From an uncultured Methanospirillum sp. (lineage in GTDB: Archaea; Halobacteriota; Methanomicrobia; Methanomicrobiales; Methanospirillaceae), in contig CAZWTX010000005.1 in assembly GCA_964637135.1 (NCBI GenBank), positions 62,001 through 124,087 of the forward strand: 62,087 nucleotides of DNA, read 5' to 3'. This document shows positions 29,974 to 46,229 of the stretch, one piece after another; positions within the stretch are counted from its first letter, which is position 1, and the number at the start of each line of letters is the position of its first letter. A program made the translations under genes and the position numbers. The notes beneath the pieces were generated by a model, which was not told the DNA's origin, did not search any database, and worked only from the letters and a program-made list of their open reading frames with translations.

Positions 29974-31788
29974 ATGGTGGGGTCATATCGGACAGGTGAT
30001 CAGGGTAGATGCGTCTCTCCCCTGGTGCCCGTTCTCATAATTACGGTACTACTGCTTTTTCTCGTACAGACCGGGACGGCAGAATCAGAAGATATCAGGA
30101 TCGTAGTCTATGGAAAGGAGGATCCGGTAACCGGCGGGTACTCATATCCTTCTGATAATCTTACGCTTCCATCTCATGTTTCCCTGATACTCACATCGCC
30201 CTCACTTGGTTTTATCGCGGTGGATGTTCCTGCAGATAATGAGACCTATTACACGAATGAACTGCTCAGGCTTCCCGGGGTCTCTCATGCAGAACGGGAT
30301 ACACCCCGGAGGACAGCATCAGGTACCAGCACCATTCCGGATGATCCCTGCTACCCGGAACAGTGGGGCCTGAACCGGACTGATGTATCGCTGGCCTGGG
30401 ATCTTCTCCAGCCAAAGAGAAACATCAGTATCGGACTGATTGACACCGGCGTGGCACGCCATGAAGATCTCTATGGGATCCTCTCCGCAGGGTATGACTG
30501 GACTGACCAGGATTCAGTTCCTGAAGATACTGATGGACATGGAACCCATCTGGCCGGGATCATTGCTGCAGCAACAAACAACAGCATCGGCATATCCGGC
30601 ATAGCACCGGTACGGATCATTCCCGAACGGATCGCACGGAATGGAACAGAGATCCTGGGATCCTATTCTGCAGTCGCCATTCATGATGCAGTGACCAGGG
30701 GAGCAGACATCATTCTCTGCGGGTACGGCGGGAACAGTCCTTCACTTGCAGAAGAACGGGCCATCAGGGACGCAGCACGGAACGGAGTCATGATTATTGC
30801 TCCTGCAGGGAACAACGACTCTAACGTGGCACATTACCCATCAGACTACCTGGAAGTCATCTCGGTGGGATCCATCGCCAGGAACAACGGCCTCTCATAT
30901 TTCTCGAACTACGGGATCTTTACCGAACTTGTGGCACCAGGTGAAGATATCCTCTCGACCGGCCTGAACAATACCTATGAACTCAGGACAGGAACGAGTC
31001 AGGCTGCAGCAATGGTATGCGGGATTGCATCATTGATTGCATCATCCCATCCCACCCTCTCAGAAGAGGAGGTACGATCGCTTCTTTCAGAAGGAGCTGT
31101 TGATTTGGGAAGATCGGGGCGTGATATGTATTACGGGTACGGGATCGTTAATGCCGGGAAAACGGCAGAGATTCTGCTCAACCGGCGTGCTCCCCTGAAC
31201 AGGCAGATCACGAACAATCTTTCCGGAGAGAACGTCCCGTTCATGAAACGGTCCGAGGATCTCGCAGGGAACGGAGCATTCCAGATACCCCTTCATCAGG
31301 GATGGAATTTCATCTCTCTTCCCGGGTACCTCCAGTCCGGGAGAACGCTGTCAGAATTCATCGGGACGGTGAATACGAACGGACATACCCTCTGGTCATA
31401 CCATGCTGAGAACGGGGACTGGAGGGCACTCAGTCCTGACCAGACACCGTATCCCAGGACCGGTATCCTCGTGTACTCTGCCGGGGAGACGTCTATCCCG
31501 GTTGTCTGTAAAATACCTGATGACCGGGCATTTACCCTTCCCCTGAAACCGGGATGGAATCTTGTAGGATCGCTCACCGGCAATACCTCACCGGTATCAG
31601 TAACCCTTCATCCCGTAATTGACACCTGGGTGAGTCTGCTCAGGTATAATGCCAGTGCACAACAGTATGATCCCGCCATTATCAATGGGGCAGGGGGAAT
31701 CTACGGAAAGGATCCTGCCTTATCCCCGTATGAAGCCTACTGGGTGTATATGAGAGATAACGTCACATATACCGGTATCCTCTCCTGA
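29974..31788 (+). CDS. Secreted S8 (thermitase-like) serine peptidase
   Basis: LIDTG, HGTHLAG, PAGN, FSNYG, GTSQAA triad; C-terminal GWN domain. Confidence 0.92.
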   Translation: MVGSYRTGDQGRCVSPLVPVLIITVLLLFLVQTGTAESEDIRIVVYGKEDPVTGGYSYPSDNLTLPSHVSLILTSPSLGFIAVDVPADNETYYTNELLRLPGVSHAERDTPRRTASGTSTIPDDPCYPEQWGLNRTDVSLAWDLLQPKRNISIGLIDTGVARHEDLYGILSAGYDWTDQDSVPEDTDGHGTHLAGIIAAATNNSIGISGIAPVRIIPERIARNGTEILGSYSAVAIHDAVTRGADIILCGYGGNSPSLAEERAIRDAARNGVMIIAPAGNNDSNVAHYPSDYLEVISVGSIARNNGLSYFSNYGIFTELVAPGEDILSTGLNNTYELRTGTSQAAAMVCGIASLIASSHPTLSEEEVRSLLSEGAVDLGRSGRDMYYGYGIVNAGKTAEILLNRRAPLNRQITNNLSGENVPFMKRSEDLAGNGAFQIPLHQGWNFISLPGYLQSGRTLSEFIGTVNTNGHTLWSYHAENGDWRALSPDQTPYPRTGILVYSAGETSIPVVCKIPDDRAFTLPLKPGWNLVGSLTGNTSPVSVTLHPVIDTWVSLLRYNASAQQYDPAIINGAGGIYGKDPALSPYEAYWVYMRDNVTYTGILS

Positions 31789-31835
31789 CCGGGATCGGAT
31801 ATCATATATATCGATGGATCTAACAGAAAACCACC

Positions 31836-33947
<2,112 letters not shown>

Positions 33948-34024
33948 CAATTCAACTCCTTTTCAATAAATGCACATAGATATTGATTAAAAATTCTATA
34001 TATATTTATCCCATCGTCTCGAAT

Positions 34025-34047
34025 TGATATCAATAATATTGATATCA
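34025..34047. promoter_or_regulatory. Perfect inverted repeat TGATATCAATA-A-TATTGATATCA, candidate operator
   Basis: 11-bp arms with 1-nt spacer in the AT-rich divergent promoter region between groES and the wHTH regulator. Confidence 0.6.
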
Positions 34048-34067
34048 TATCCATTCGATAATCTACG

Positions 34068-34559
34068 GTGATGACTACGACTCAGCGTATCTCGCTCCAG
34101 AATATTCGCCATCCTCCAGGGCGGGATTTTATTACAAATACCCACTGGTTATGCGATACGCTCGGCCTTTCTTCGGGGAGGGATACGGAAAAACTTGCCA
34201 CGGAAATTATCCTTTCGATCCTTGAAGAGACCGGAAACCACCAACCGGTCACATCTGAATCACTCTCAGAATTACTTGATATTTCGGTCGGACGGGTCAA
34301 CCACCATCTCAGGAATCTGCACCGTTCAGGAGTGGTGTACCGGGACAAGAAGATCATCAGGATGCGGGGAAATACCCTTCTTGATTCGGTCCGGGAAGTC
34401 AGGAAGGACATCAACAGGATCCTTGACGAACTTGAGGCGGTTGCATCCGATATTGATACGCATCTTGGATTAACCACCGAAAATCCGGTTGACAACTCAG
34501 GGCATGCCCTGATCATCCCTGATCTCACTCATCCAAATCCACGGGTATTCAGAAGGTAG
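34068..34559 (+). CDS. Winged-helix (ArsR/MarR-like) transcriptional regulator
   Basis: TSESLSELLDISVGRVNHHLRNLHRSGVV HTH, followed by a coiled-coil-like helix. Confidence 0.8.
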   Translation: MMTTTQRISLQNIRHPPGRDFITNTHWLCDTLGLSSGRDTEKLATEIILSILEETGNHQPVTSESLSELLDISVGRVNHHLRNLHRSGVVYRDKKIIRMRGNTLLDSVREVRKDINRILDELEAVASDIDTHLGLTTENPVDNSGHALIIPDLTHPNPRVFRR

Positions 34560-34584
34560 GAGACCCAGGTTCCTTTGAGAATGA

Positions 34585-35088
34585 TCAATCGTGCTGCAGG
34601 ATATCAGCAAGACGGATCCGTACCTGCCGGGTATGCGATCCTTCCCAGTACTCTTTCCTGCAGACCGGACACCAGGTGTGGCTGTCTGTTCCACCTGGTA
34701 CCTTCGTGAGAAGAGAATTGCACAGAGAACACCGGATCATCCGTATCTGCGGATTGATGAGGTCCATTCCGGCCAATTGCCGGATTTGTGTGTCAATCCG
34801 TTCAGATGCAAGATAGATCACGAAGAGATCATCCCGACCGGCGAGATCGCGATCCCGCGTAAGCAGATACCGGTTTTGTTCTTTTGCCATCCGGAGAAGA
34901 TGGGTATCTTCCTGCGGGGTACCTGAACCGATATCATTGGCAGAAAGAGTGTCATACCCCATAAACCGGAGATATTTACAGAGAGTTCCTGCCATCCGGT
35001 CACAGATAAACGCCGGCTCATGAGGAGATTCAGACTGATCTGATAACGGCAATGTCAGCTCCGCAATGAAGACAGGTAGTTCCGTCAA
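34585..35088 (-). CDS. Mut7-C RNase (PIN-like) domain protein
   Basis: FICDRMAGTLCKYLRFMGYD, LLTRDRDL, RCSLCN...CPVCRKEYWEGSH; start uncertain. Confidence 0.85.
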   Translation of the reverse strand: MTELPVFIAELTLPLSDQSESPHEPAFICDRMAGTLCKYLRFMGYDTLSANDIGSGTPQEDTHLLRMAKEQNRYLLTRDRDLAGRDDLFVIYLASERIDTQIRQLAGMDLINPQIRMIRCSLCNSLLTKVPGGTDSHTWCPVCRKEYWEGSHTRQVRIRLADILQHD

Positions 35089-36067
35089 GCTGAATGGGAT
35101 ACGCCGTGAAACCGGATCGGTTAATCACTTTTTTTCCGCATTCAGGACAGTAGGTATGTTCATAGGGGTGGTTCGCCACATTCCCGATGTACGGATAACG
35201 GATACCCATCTCCCTGGCCATGGTGTACGCTTTTTCCAGTACCGGTACAGGAGTTGATGGGTATTCCTGCATCCGGTAATCCGGATGAAACCGGGTAAAA
35301 TGCATCGGGGTGTCTGGACCGAGTTCGGTGAATACCCAGGAGATGAGATCACGAAGTTCTTCTTCTGAATCATTAACACCGGGAATGAGGAGGGTGACCG
35401 TCTCGATATGCAGTCCCAGTTCACCGGCAAGACGGGTTGTTTCCAGAACAGGATCTAACCGTGCATGGCAGATTTCACGGTAAAAAGTATCCCGCATTGC
35501 CTTGATGTCGACCCGCCAGGCATTCAGATAGGGGGCAATGGCTTTCAGGGCTTCTCCGGTCATGTACCCGTTTGTCACGTACACCGTCCCAAGCCCTGCA
35601 GCCCGGGCTGATACAGCCATGTCACAGGTATATTCATACCAGATTGTCGGTTCATTGTATGTCCAGGAGATACTGGCACACCGGTTCCTGACTGCCCGGT
35701 GTATTCCTTCTTCAGGCGGTATCTCCTGGAGGGAAACCCGACCCGTCTCCGCCTGTGAGATATGCCAGTTCTGACAGTGACTACAGGAGAAATTACACCC
35801 GATACTTCCGAGTGAATATGAGGTAGTTCCGGGAAGGAAATGATACAGCGGTTTCTTCTCGATGGGATCTACCGCTTCTGCCGAGACCAGACCATAGGTA
35901 CCTGCGATCAGTGTACCGTTACATACGCGCCTTACCCCGCACCGGCCGGTTTTTCCTTCTGCGATGTGACAATGGTGATTGCAGAGATCACAAACGATTG
36001 ATCCATCGGAGGAATGGAAGAATTTCGCCGGAATTGAACCTAAATCCGGGGAAGATATCATGTGCAC
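35030..36067 (-). CDS. amrS: AmmeMemoRadiSam-system radical SAM enzyme
   Basis: CDLCNHHC, VDPIEKKPLYHFLPG, GCNFSCSHCQNW, YNEPT, HFTRFHPDY. Confidence 0.88.
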   Translation of the reverse strand: MHMISSPDLGSIPAKFFHSSDGSIVCDLCNHHCHIAEGKTGRCGVRRVCNGTLIAGTYGLVSAEAVDPIEKKPLYHFLPGTTSYSLGSIGCNFSCSHCQNWHISQAETGRVSLQEIPPEEGIHRAVRNRCASISWTYNEPTIWYEYTCDMAVSARAAGLGTVYVTNGYMTGEALKAIAPYLNAWRVDIKAMRDTFYREICHARLDPVLETTRLAGELGLHIETVTLLIPGVNDSEEELRDLISWVFTELGPDTPMHFTRFHPDYRMQEYPSTPVPVLEKAYTMAREMGIRYPYIGNVANHPYEHTYCPECGKKVINRSGFTAYPIQLDGTTCLHCGADIAVIRSV

Positions 36068-36166
36068 ACTCCCGGATGATACGTACTGTTCCTGTCAGGA
36101 ACCTGCATGATCCGGTAATTCGGGTGACAACCTATATGCCCTTTTTCATGCAATCAATTAGGTTGA

Positions 36167-36871
36167 ATGCCCTCGATAGTTCTTTCACTCGGCGGATCGA
36201 TCCTTCTTCCAAGCCTGGATTGCCCCAATATATCCCCGTATATTCCGGTTCTGAAAAAAATAGCCTTGAAACATCGCCTCTTTATCGTAGTCGGGGGTGG
36301 AGGTGAGGCCCGGAAATATATTACAATTGCCCGTGATTTTGAAGTCGATGAGGCATCAGCTGACGAAATTGGCATCATGGTCACGAGGATCAATGCCCAG
36401 TTGCTTGTCAGTGCCCTGGGAGACGCTGCGTGGCCAAAGGTGGCAGAAAACCATACTGAAGCATTATGTGCTGCTGAAAGCGGAAAGATCGTGGTGATGG
36501 GTGGAATCACCCCCGGCCAGACAACCGATGCAGTTGCTGCAGTACTTGCCGAACGGGTAAAAGCTTCACTTTTCGTAAACCTAACCTCTGTTGATGGTAT
36601 CTATTCGGCAGACCCAAGAAAAGATCCAGATGCAAAAAAATTCAGAACAATTACCCCATCCGAACTGCTCAGTATCATCGTCCTCCAGCAGACTTCTGCC
36701 GGGATGAACACGGTGATGGATATCGTGGCAGTCAAGATGATCGAACGGTGCAACATTCCGCTCGTGGTAATCGATGGAAGAGATCCTGATAATCTGTATG
36801 ATACCATATCTGGAGATACCTGTCCGGGAACTATCGTAACCGCAGATGGCAGAAGCCCGTTCCCTCTCTGA
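36167..36871 (+). CDS. pyrH: UMP kinase
   Basis: VLSLGGS, VVGGGGEARKYI, PGQTTDAVAA, VDGIYSADP. Confidence 0.95.
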   Translation: MPSIVLSLGGSILLPSLDCPNISPYIPVLKKIALKHRLFIVVGGGGEARKYITIARDFEVDEASADEIGIMVTRINAQLLVSALGDAAWPKVAENHTEALCAAESGKIVVMGGITPGQTTDAVAAVLAERVKASLFVNLTSVDGIYSADPRKDPDAKKFRTITPSELLSIIVLQQTSAGMNTVMDIVAVKMIERCNIPLVVIDGRDPDNLYDTISGDTCPGTIVTADGRSPFPL

Positions 36872-36915
36872 ATCGAAGATTATATATGAAAAGCCACCCT
36901 ATTTTGTTACCTCAC

Positions 36916-36990
36916 GGGGTAATAGGGTAGCCTGGTCCATCCTAGAGCGTTTGGGACGCTTTGACCGCAGTTCAAATCTGCGTTACCCCA
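36916..36990 (+). tRNA. tRNA-Pro (anticodon UGG)
   Basis: GGGGTAA/TTACCCC acceptor stem, GAGCG-TTTGGGA-CGCTT anticodon arm, CGCAG-TTCAAAT-CTGCG T arm; no intron, CCA not encoded. Confidence 0.95.
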
Positions 36991-36998
36991 TTGGATGA

Positions 36999-37655
36999 AT
37001 GAACCATTCATTACCATCTCTTGTCCTTACCCGCCTGCAGGCCAGGTATGATCTTTCTGCATCAGCGACAGAATTTCTTCACTATGAAAATCCCTATCAG
37101 ATCCTGATTGCAACCATTCTTTCTGCACAGACCACTGATAAAACGGTAAACCTGGTCACCAGGGAACTCTTTTTCCGGTACCCGGATCCCCTGACCCTTG
37201 CCGCTGCACCGGTCTGCGATGTGGAGAAGATCATCAGGAAGACTGGGTTTTACCACGTTAAGGCGAGAAACATCATCGCTGCTGCACAGGTACTCATATC
37301 ACGATACAATGGGATCGTACCTGATACGATTCAAGACCTTCAGACCCTTCCGGGTGTCGGACGAAAAACGGCAAATATCGTCCTTCACCATGCCTTCGGA
37401 ATAACAGAGGGGATTGCCGTGGACACCCATGTCAGCCGTCTCTCAAACCGGCTGGGACTGTCCGGATCATCAGACCCGCTGAAAATTGAACAGGATCTGC
37501 TCACACAGTATGACCAGAAAGACTGGGGAGAGATTAACGGGCTTTTCATTCTTCATGGGAGGAAGGTATGTACTGCACGTCGCCCTGCATGTCATGATTG
37601 CATCCTCAAAGATATCTGCAGATACCCGGAAAAAACCGACCATAGCCACATTTAA
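36999..37655 (+). CDS. nth: Endonuclease III
   Basis: ILSAQTTD, LPGVGRKTANIVL HhH, IAVDTHV, C-x6-C-x2-C-x5-C Fe-S motif. Confidence 0.96.
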   Translation: MNHSLPSLVLTRLQARYDLSASATEFLHYENPYQILIATILSAQTTDKTVNLVTRELFFRYPDPLTLAAAPVCDVEKIIRKTGFYHVKARNIIAAAQVLISRYNGIVPDTIQDLQTLPGVGRKTANIVLHHAFGITEGIAVDTHVSRLSNRLGLSGSSDPLKIEQDLLTQYDQKDWGEINGLFILHGRKVCTARRPACHDCILKDICRYPEKTDHSHI

Positions 37656-37703
37656 AGGTTGGAAAAAATATGCGCTGCAAAATTGGATTTTTTTTGCGGT
37701 TTA

Positions 37704-37775
37704 TGGACCGAGCGGGAATTGAACCCGCGGCCTCTACCATGCCAAGGTAGCGATCTACCACTGATCTACCGGCCC
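37704..37775 (-). tRNA. tRNA-Ala (anticodon GGC)
   Basis: Reverse complement GGGCCGGTAGATCAGTGGTAGATCGCTACCTTGGCATGGTAGAGGCCGCGGGTTCAATTCCCGCTCGGTCCA; G3:U70 Ala identity pair. Confidence 0.95.
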
Positions 37776-37892
37776 GCCATACTAGGTTGTCATTCGGGAT
37801 ATTTATACTTCTCGAATTATCTGAACAACACACAAAAAAGGAGTACCGGTTATACCAGAATATCCCACATATATACGGGAACGCGAACTATT

Positions 37893-38597
37893 ATGCTTGG
37901 CATCATCGGGGGTACCTCTTTACTTGACTATTGCGGATCAGGAACAGAAAAAAAGACCATCCACACCCCGTATGGTTCATCTGACCTCTTTATCTCTGAT
38001 ACCTGTTGCATCCTGCTCAGGCACCAGCATCGTACAGCACCCCATCGTCTCAATTACCGGTCTCACCTGGCTGCAATGATCATTGCCGGGGTCACAAGGA
38101 TCGTATCCATCGGATCGGTCGGATCACTTAAAGTATCCATACCACCCGGATCCCTCCTCATCCCTGACGATTTTATATCATATGCACCCATTCCGACCAT
38201 TTATGATCACTCCATCGGTCATGATACCCCTGAGATTGATCAGGAACTCGCCGATTGTCTCATCAAAGCAATTCCCGGAGCAATACGGGGAGGCGTGTAT
38301 ATCCAGACATCCGGGCCGAGACTGGAGACGAAATCGGAGATCAAATGGTTTACAGAGATTGCAGATGTAATCGGGATGACACTGGCAAGCGAAGCCACAA
38401 TAGCATCTGAGATGAAAATACCGTTCTGTTCAATCTGCACGGTGGACAATTATGCAAACGGAATCTCAAACGAAGAGATATCATACGAGTCTATCATCTC
38501 ACGTGCCAGATCCTATCACGATCGGACCATTGACATGGTTCATCAGATCATCAGTTCATGTGCCTCCGGTGATTCAGGCAGGAACAGAGAGGGGTAG
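37893..38597 (+). CDS. MTAP-family purine nucleoside phosphorylase
   Basis: LGIIGGTS, TPYG, APHRLNY, SVGSL, GPRLET, DVIGMT, TVDNYA; start at 37893 (track start runs through the tRNA). Confidence 0.92.
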   Translation: MLGIIGGTSLLDYCGSGTEKKTIHTPYGSSDLFISDTCCILLRHQHRTAPHRLNYRSHLAAMIIAGVTRIVSIGSVGSLKVSIPPGSLLIPDDFISYAPIPTIYDHSIGHDTPEIDQELADCLIKAIPGAIRGGVYIQTSGPRLETKSEIKWFTEIADVIGMTLASEATIASEMKIPFCSICTVDNYANGISNEEISYESIISRARSYHDRTIDMVHQIISSCASGDSGRNREG

Positions 38598-38665
38598 AGG
38601 TATAAATACTGATTTATGTACGGATGCATAATCATACATAAGGGGCAGAAGGGGAGGTTTGGAGA

Positions 38666-41569
38666 ATGGCGCAGATTACGTTACTGATTATTGGCGATCC
38701 AAAGCAGTTTTCATTCATTACAACCCTGTTCTCTGAATGTGGAGCAAAAACAAATATCCTCACCGCCCAGACCTCACAGGAATGCCTGCAGAAACTTCAG
38801 TCAACTCCTGCTGATGTCATAATCGCTTCATTCATACTTGATAACCAGAACGGCATTGACTTCGTTAACCGTCTGAAAAAACAAGCTCAATCAAACCCGA
38901 TTACCATTTTTGTCGGAGAACAGGAAGAACGGACAGTAAAGGATGCCCTGAAAGCCGGAATAGACTGCTATTACTCCCTTAACGGCGACCAGGAACTCGA
39001 ATCTGCCCGGATTCGGCAGTTCATCAGGTTGATCATCAAGATAAAACAGACCGATGAAGCACTGGCATACGCAGATACGAATTTCCGGACGATCATCGAG
39101 GCAACGGAAGACTCAATCTACATGATTGATCGTCACTACCGGTACCTGTACATCAATACCCCTCATCTGCGAAGGCTTGGAATAGAAGGGCAGGATTATG
39201 AATCCAAGATGTACCGCGATATCCATACCGAAGAAGACAGCCGCCGGTTTATCGCAGCATTTAATCAGGTCGTGGCGAACAAGAACCTCTATATCGAAGA
39301 ATATGAAAAAGAGGACCGGTATTACTACCGGAAATTCATCCCGGTAAAATATCCGTCATCACCACAGATCCTTGCCGTCACCGTTGTTTCAACAGATGTC
39401 ACCGACCGGGTACGGCTTGAGAACGAAGTTGAACGGAGTGCTTCACTTGTTTCAGCAACCATGGAGACCACTTCCGATGGTCTCTTCGTCGTGGACCGGG
39501 CAGGGAAGATCATCAGTTACAACCAGAAGTTCCTCGACATGTGGTTTATTCCGGAGACAGTGATTGAGGAACGTGATGAGGAAGTCCTCATGGCCTACAT
39601 CGAGGACCAACTCGAAAACAGGGAAGAATTTATCCAGAAACTAAATTCTATCAAATCAACCCCGGAGAAAGAATCCTTTGATGTTCTTGAATTCCGTGAC
39701 GGACGGGTATTCGAGCGTCTCACCCTCCCCCAACGGATCGGAGGGACCATCATCGGGAGGGTCTGGAGTTTCCGCGATGTCACTTCCCAACGCAAGACCA
39801 TTTCATCACTGCACCTGACCCAGGCAAATTACCGGAGTGTTGTTGAATCAACCGGCGATTCAGTCTTCATGGTCGACCGGGAATGTTGCTACATCTTCAT
39901 GAACTCCTATCACAAGCAGAAGATAGGAGATCTTGCCGATAAATACCTTGAGCAGCGGATGAGGGTGATGCTGCCGCCTGGGGAGGAGAAACGGTTCGAA
40001 GAAGGGGTGAAACGGATCTTCCTTACGAAAAAATCCTTCAACGATGAATTTAACTGGAACGGGAAGGATTACATCAGGCGGTTTACCCCGGTCCTCGATC
40101 CTGAAACAGACGAGGTTCGATCTGTCACGGTTGTTCTCACCGATATCACCGAGCATAAAGCCGCAGAAACGGAAGTGAAGAACTCGGAGGAACGGCTCAA
40201 AATACTCTTTGACTATGCCCCCGAGGCGTACTTCCTCACTGACATCAAAGGGACCTTTATCGATTCCAACAAGGCAGCAACTTCCCTTTCAGGGTTTTTA
40301 AAAGAGGATCTGAAAGGAAAAAATATCTTCACGATGGGACTGATCGGATCGATGCACATTACCAAGACTGCGGTCCTCTTTGCAAAGAACGCACTTGGCA
40401 AGCCGACCGGACCGGATGAAGTGGTTATCTCCCGCAAGGACGGAAAAGAGGTTTATGCCGAGGTTATGACCTACCCGATTCGGATCAGGGACAAGAGTCT
40501 TGTGATGACGATTGCACGGGATATCACCGACCGGCGACTGGCAGAAGAAGCCCTCCGTCAGCGTGAAGAACAATACCGGCTTCTCGTTACAAATGCAAAT
40601 GAAGGAATCTTTGTCCTGCAGGAATACTCAATTCTCTTTGTAAATACCAAAGGGGCTTCTGTTCTGAACCAGCGTGATGAAGACTGCATCGGGATGAATC
40701 TGCTCAGCCTGGTTCATCCCGATGACCAGGAACGCTTTTCCAGCCTCATCCTGCAGGCTGCAGCCGGGGGAGAGATCCATGCCGGATCAGAGATCCGTCT
40801 CCTCACCCCGTCAGGTGATATCAGGTGGCTTGAGATTGCTCTTGTGTATGTCTCATGGCATGGGACACCTGCTGTGCTGGTTATGGGTAATGATGTCACT
40901 GAGCGGAAACAGGCACAGGACGCCCTCGTCCAGACAAACAAGAAGCTGAACCTCCTCTCGAGTATCACCCGGCATGATGTCCTCAACCAGATTACAATCG
41001 TCCTCGCATACCTCGATCTCCTCAAGAAAAAGAATACCGATACTGAACTTCTTCCCTTTATCGAGAAACAGGTGGATGCCACCCAGACCATCCGGAACCA
41101 GATCGTATTTACCAAGGAATATCAGGATATTGGGGTGGTTGCCCCACAATGGCAGATTCCCGGGGAAAAGATCAGGATTGCACGAGATATAAAGAAAGGT
41201 ACTATGGTCTCCTGGTCAGAGGAACTCAATAAAGTCGAGATATATGCCGACCCGCTCCTTGAAAAAGTCTTCTCCAATCTCATCTCGAATTCACTCATGC
41301 ACGGGGGCACATTAACGAAGATCACGTTCAGCCTCAGGGAGGAGGCAGACCAGGTTATCCTTCTGTATGAAGACGACGGGGTTGGCATTCCGGATAAAGA
41401 AAAGAAGAAGATATTCGGTCACGGGTATGGAAAGAATACCGGTTTTGGGTTATTCCTCTCCCGCGAGATTCTTGCTATCACCGGACTGACGATATCAGAA
41501 ACCGGTACGGAAGGAAAAGGGGTCCGGTTCGAGATTAACATTCCCCTTCATGCGTTCAGGCGGATATAA
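38666..41569 (+). CDS. Cytoplasmic sensor histidine kinase: REC-like domain, about five PAS domains, HisKA/HATPase
   Basis: Repeated ...DVT/DIT-R PAC ends, SSITRHDVLNQ H-box, NLISNS, DDGVGI, TGFGLFL. Confidence 0.92.
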   Translation: MAQITLLIIGDPKQFSFITTLFSECGAKTNILTAQTSQECLQKLQSTPADVIIASFILDNQNGIDFVNRLKKQAQSNPITIFVGEQEERTVKDALKAGIDCYYSLNGDQELESARIRQFIRLIIKIKQTDEALAYADTNFRTIIEATEDSIYMIDRHYRYLYINTPHLRRLGIEGQDYESKMYRDIHTEEDSRRFIAAFNQVVANKNLYIEEYEKEDRYYYRKFIPVKYPSSPQILAVTVVSTDVTDRVRLENEVERSASLVSATMETTSDGLFVVDRAGKIISYNQKFLDMWFIPETVIEERDEEVLMAYIEDQLENREEFIQKLNSIKSTPEKESFDVLEFRDGRVFERLTLPQRIGGTIIGRVWSFRDVTSQRKTISSLHLTQANYRSVVESTGDSVFMVDRECCYIFMNSYHKQKIGDLADKYLEQRMRVMLPPGEEKRFEEGVKRIFLTKKSFNDEFNWNGKDYIRRFTPVLDPETDEVRSVTVVLTDITEHKAAETEVKNSEERLKILFDYAPEAYFLTDIKGTFIDSNKAATSLSGFLKEDLKGKNIFTMGLIGSMHITKTAVLFAKNALGKPTGPDEVVISRKDGKEVYAEVMTYPIRIRDKSLVMTIARDITDRRLAEEALRQREEQYRLLVTNANEGIFVLQEYSILFVNTKGASVLNQRDEDCIGMNLLSLVHPDDQERFSSLILQAAAGGEIHAGSEIRLLTPSGDIRWLEIALVYVSWHGTPAVLVMGNDVTERKQAQDALVQTNKKLNLLSSITRHDVLNQITIVLAYLDLLKKKNTDTELLPFIEKQVDATQTIRNQIVFTKEYQDIGVVAPQWQIPGEKIRIARDIKKGTMVSWSEELNKVEIYADPLLEKVFSNLISNSLMHGGTLTKITFSLREEADQVILLYEDDGVGIPDKEKKKIFGHGYGKNTGFGLFLSREILAITGLTISETGTEGKGVRFEINIPLHAFRRI

Positions 41570-41602
41570 CCGTCGTCCTGTTCTTTTATCAAGAAGAAGG
41601 GA

Positions 41603-46205
<4,603 letters not shown>

Positions 46206-46229
46206 CTATTACCAAAAAAAGAGGAAAAT

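Noticed and set aside
37606..37892. ORF 37606..37833 and the long N-terminal extension of the MTAP ORF
   Set aside because: Both run through tRNA-Ala; MTAP homology starts at 37893
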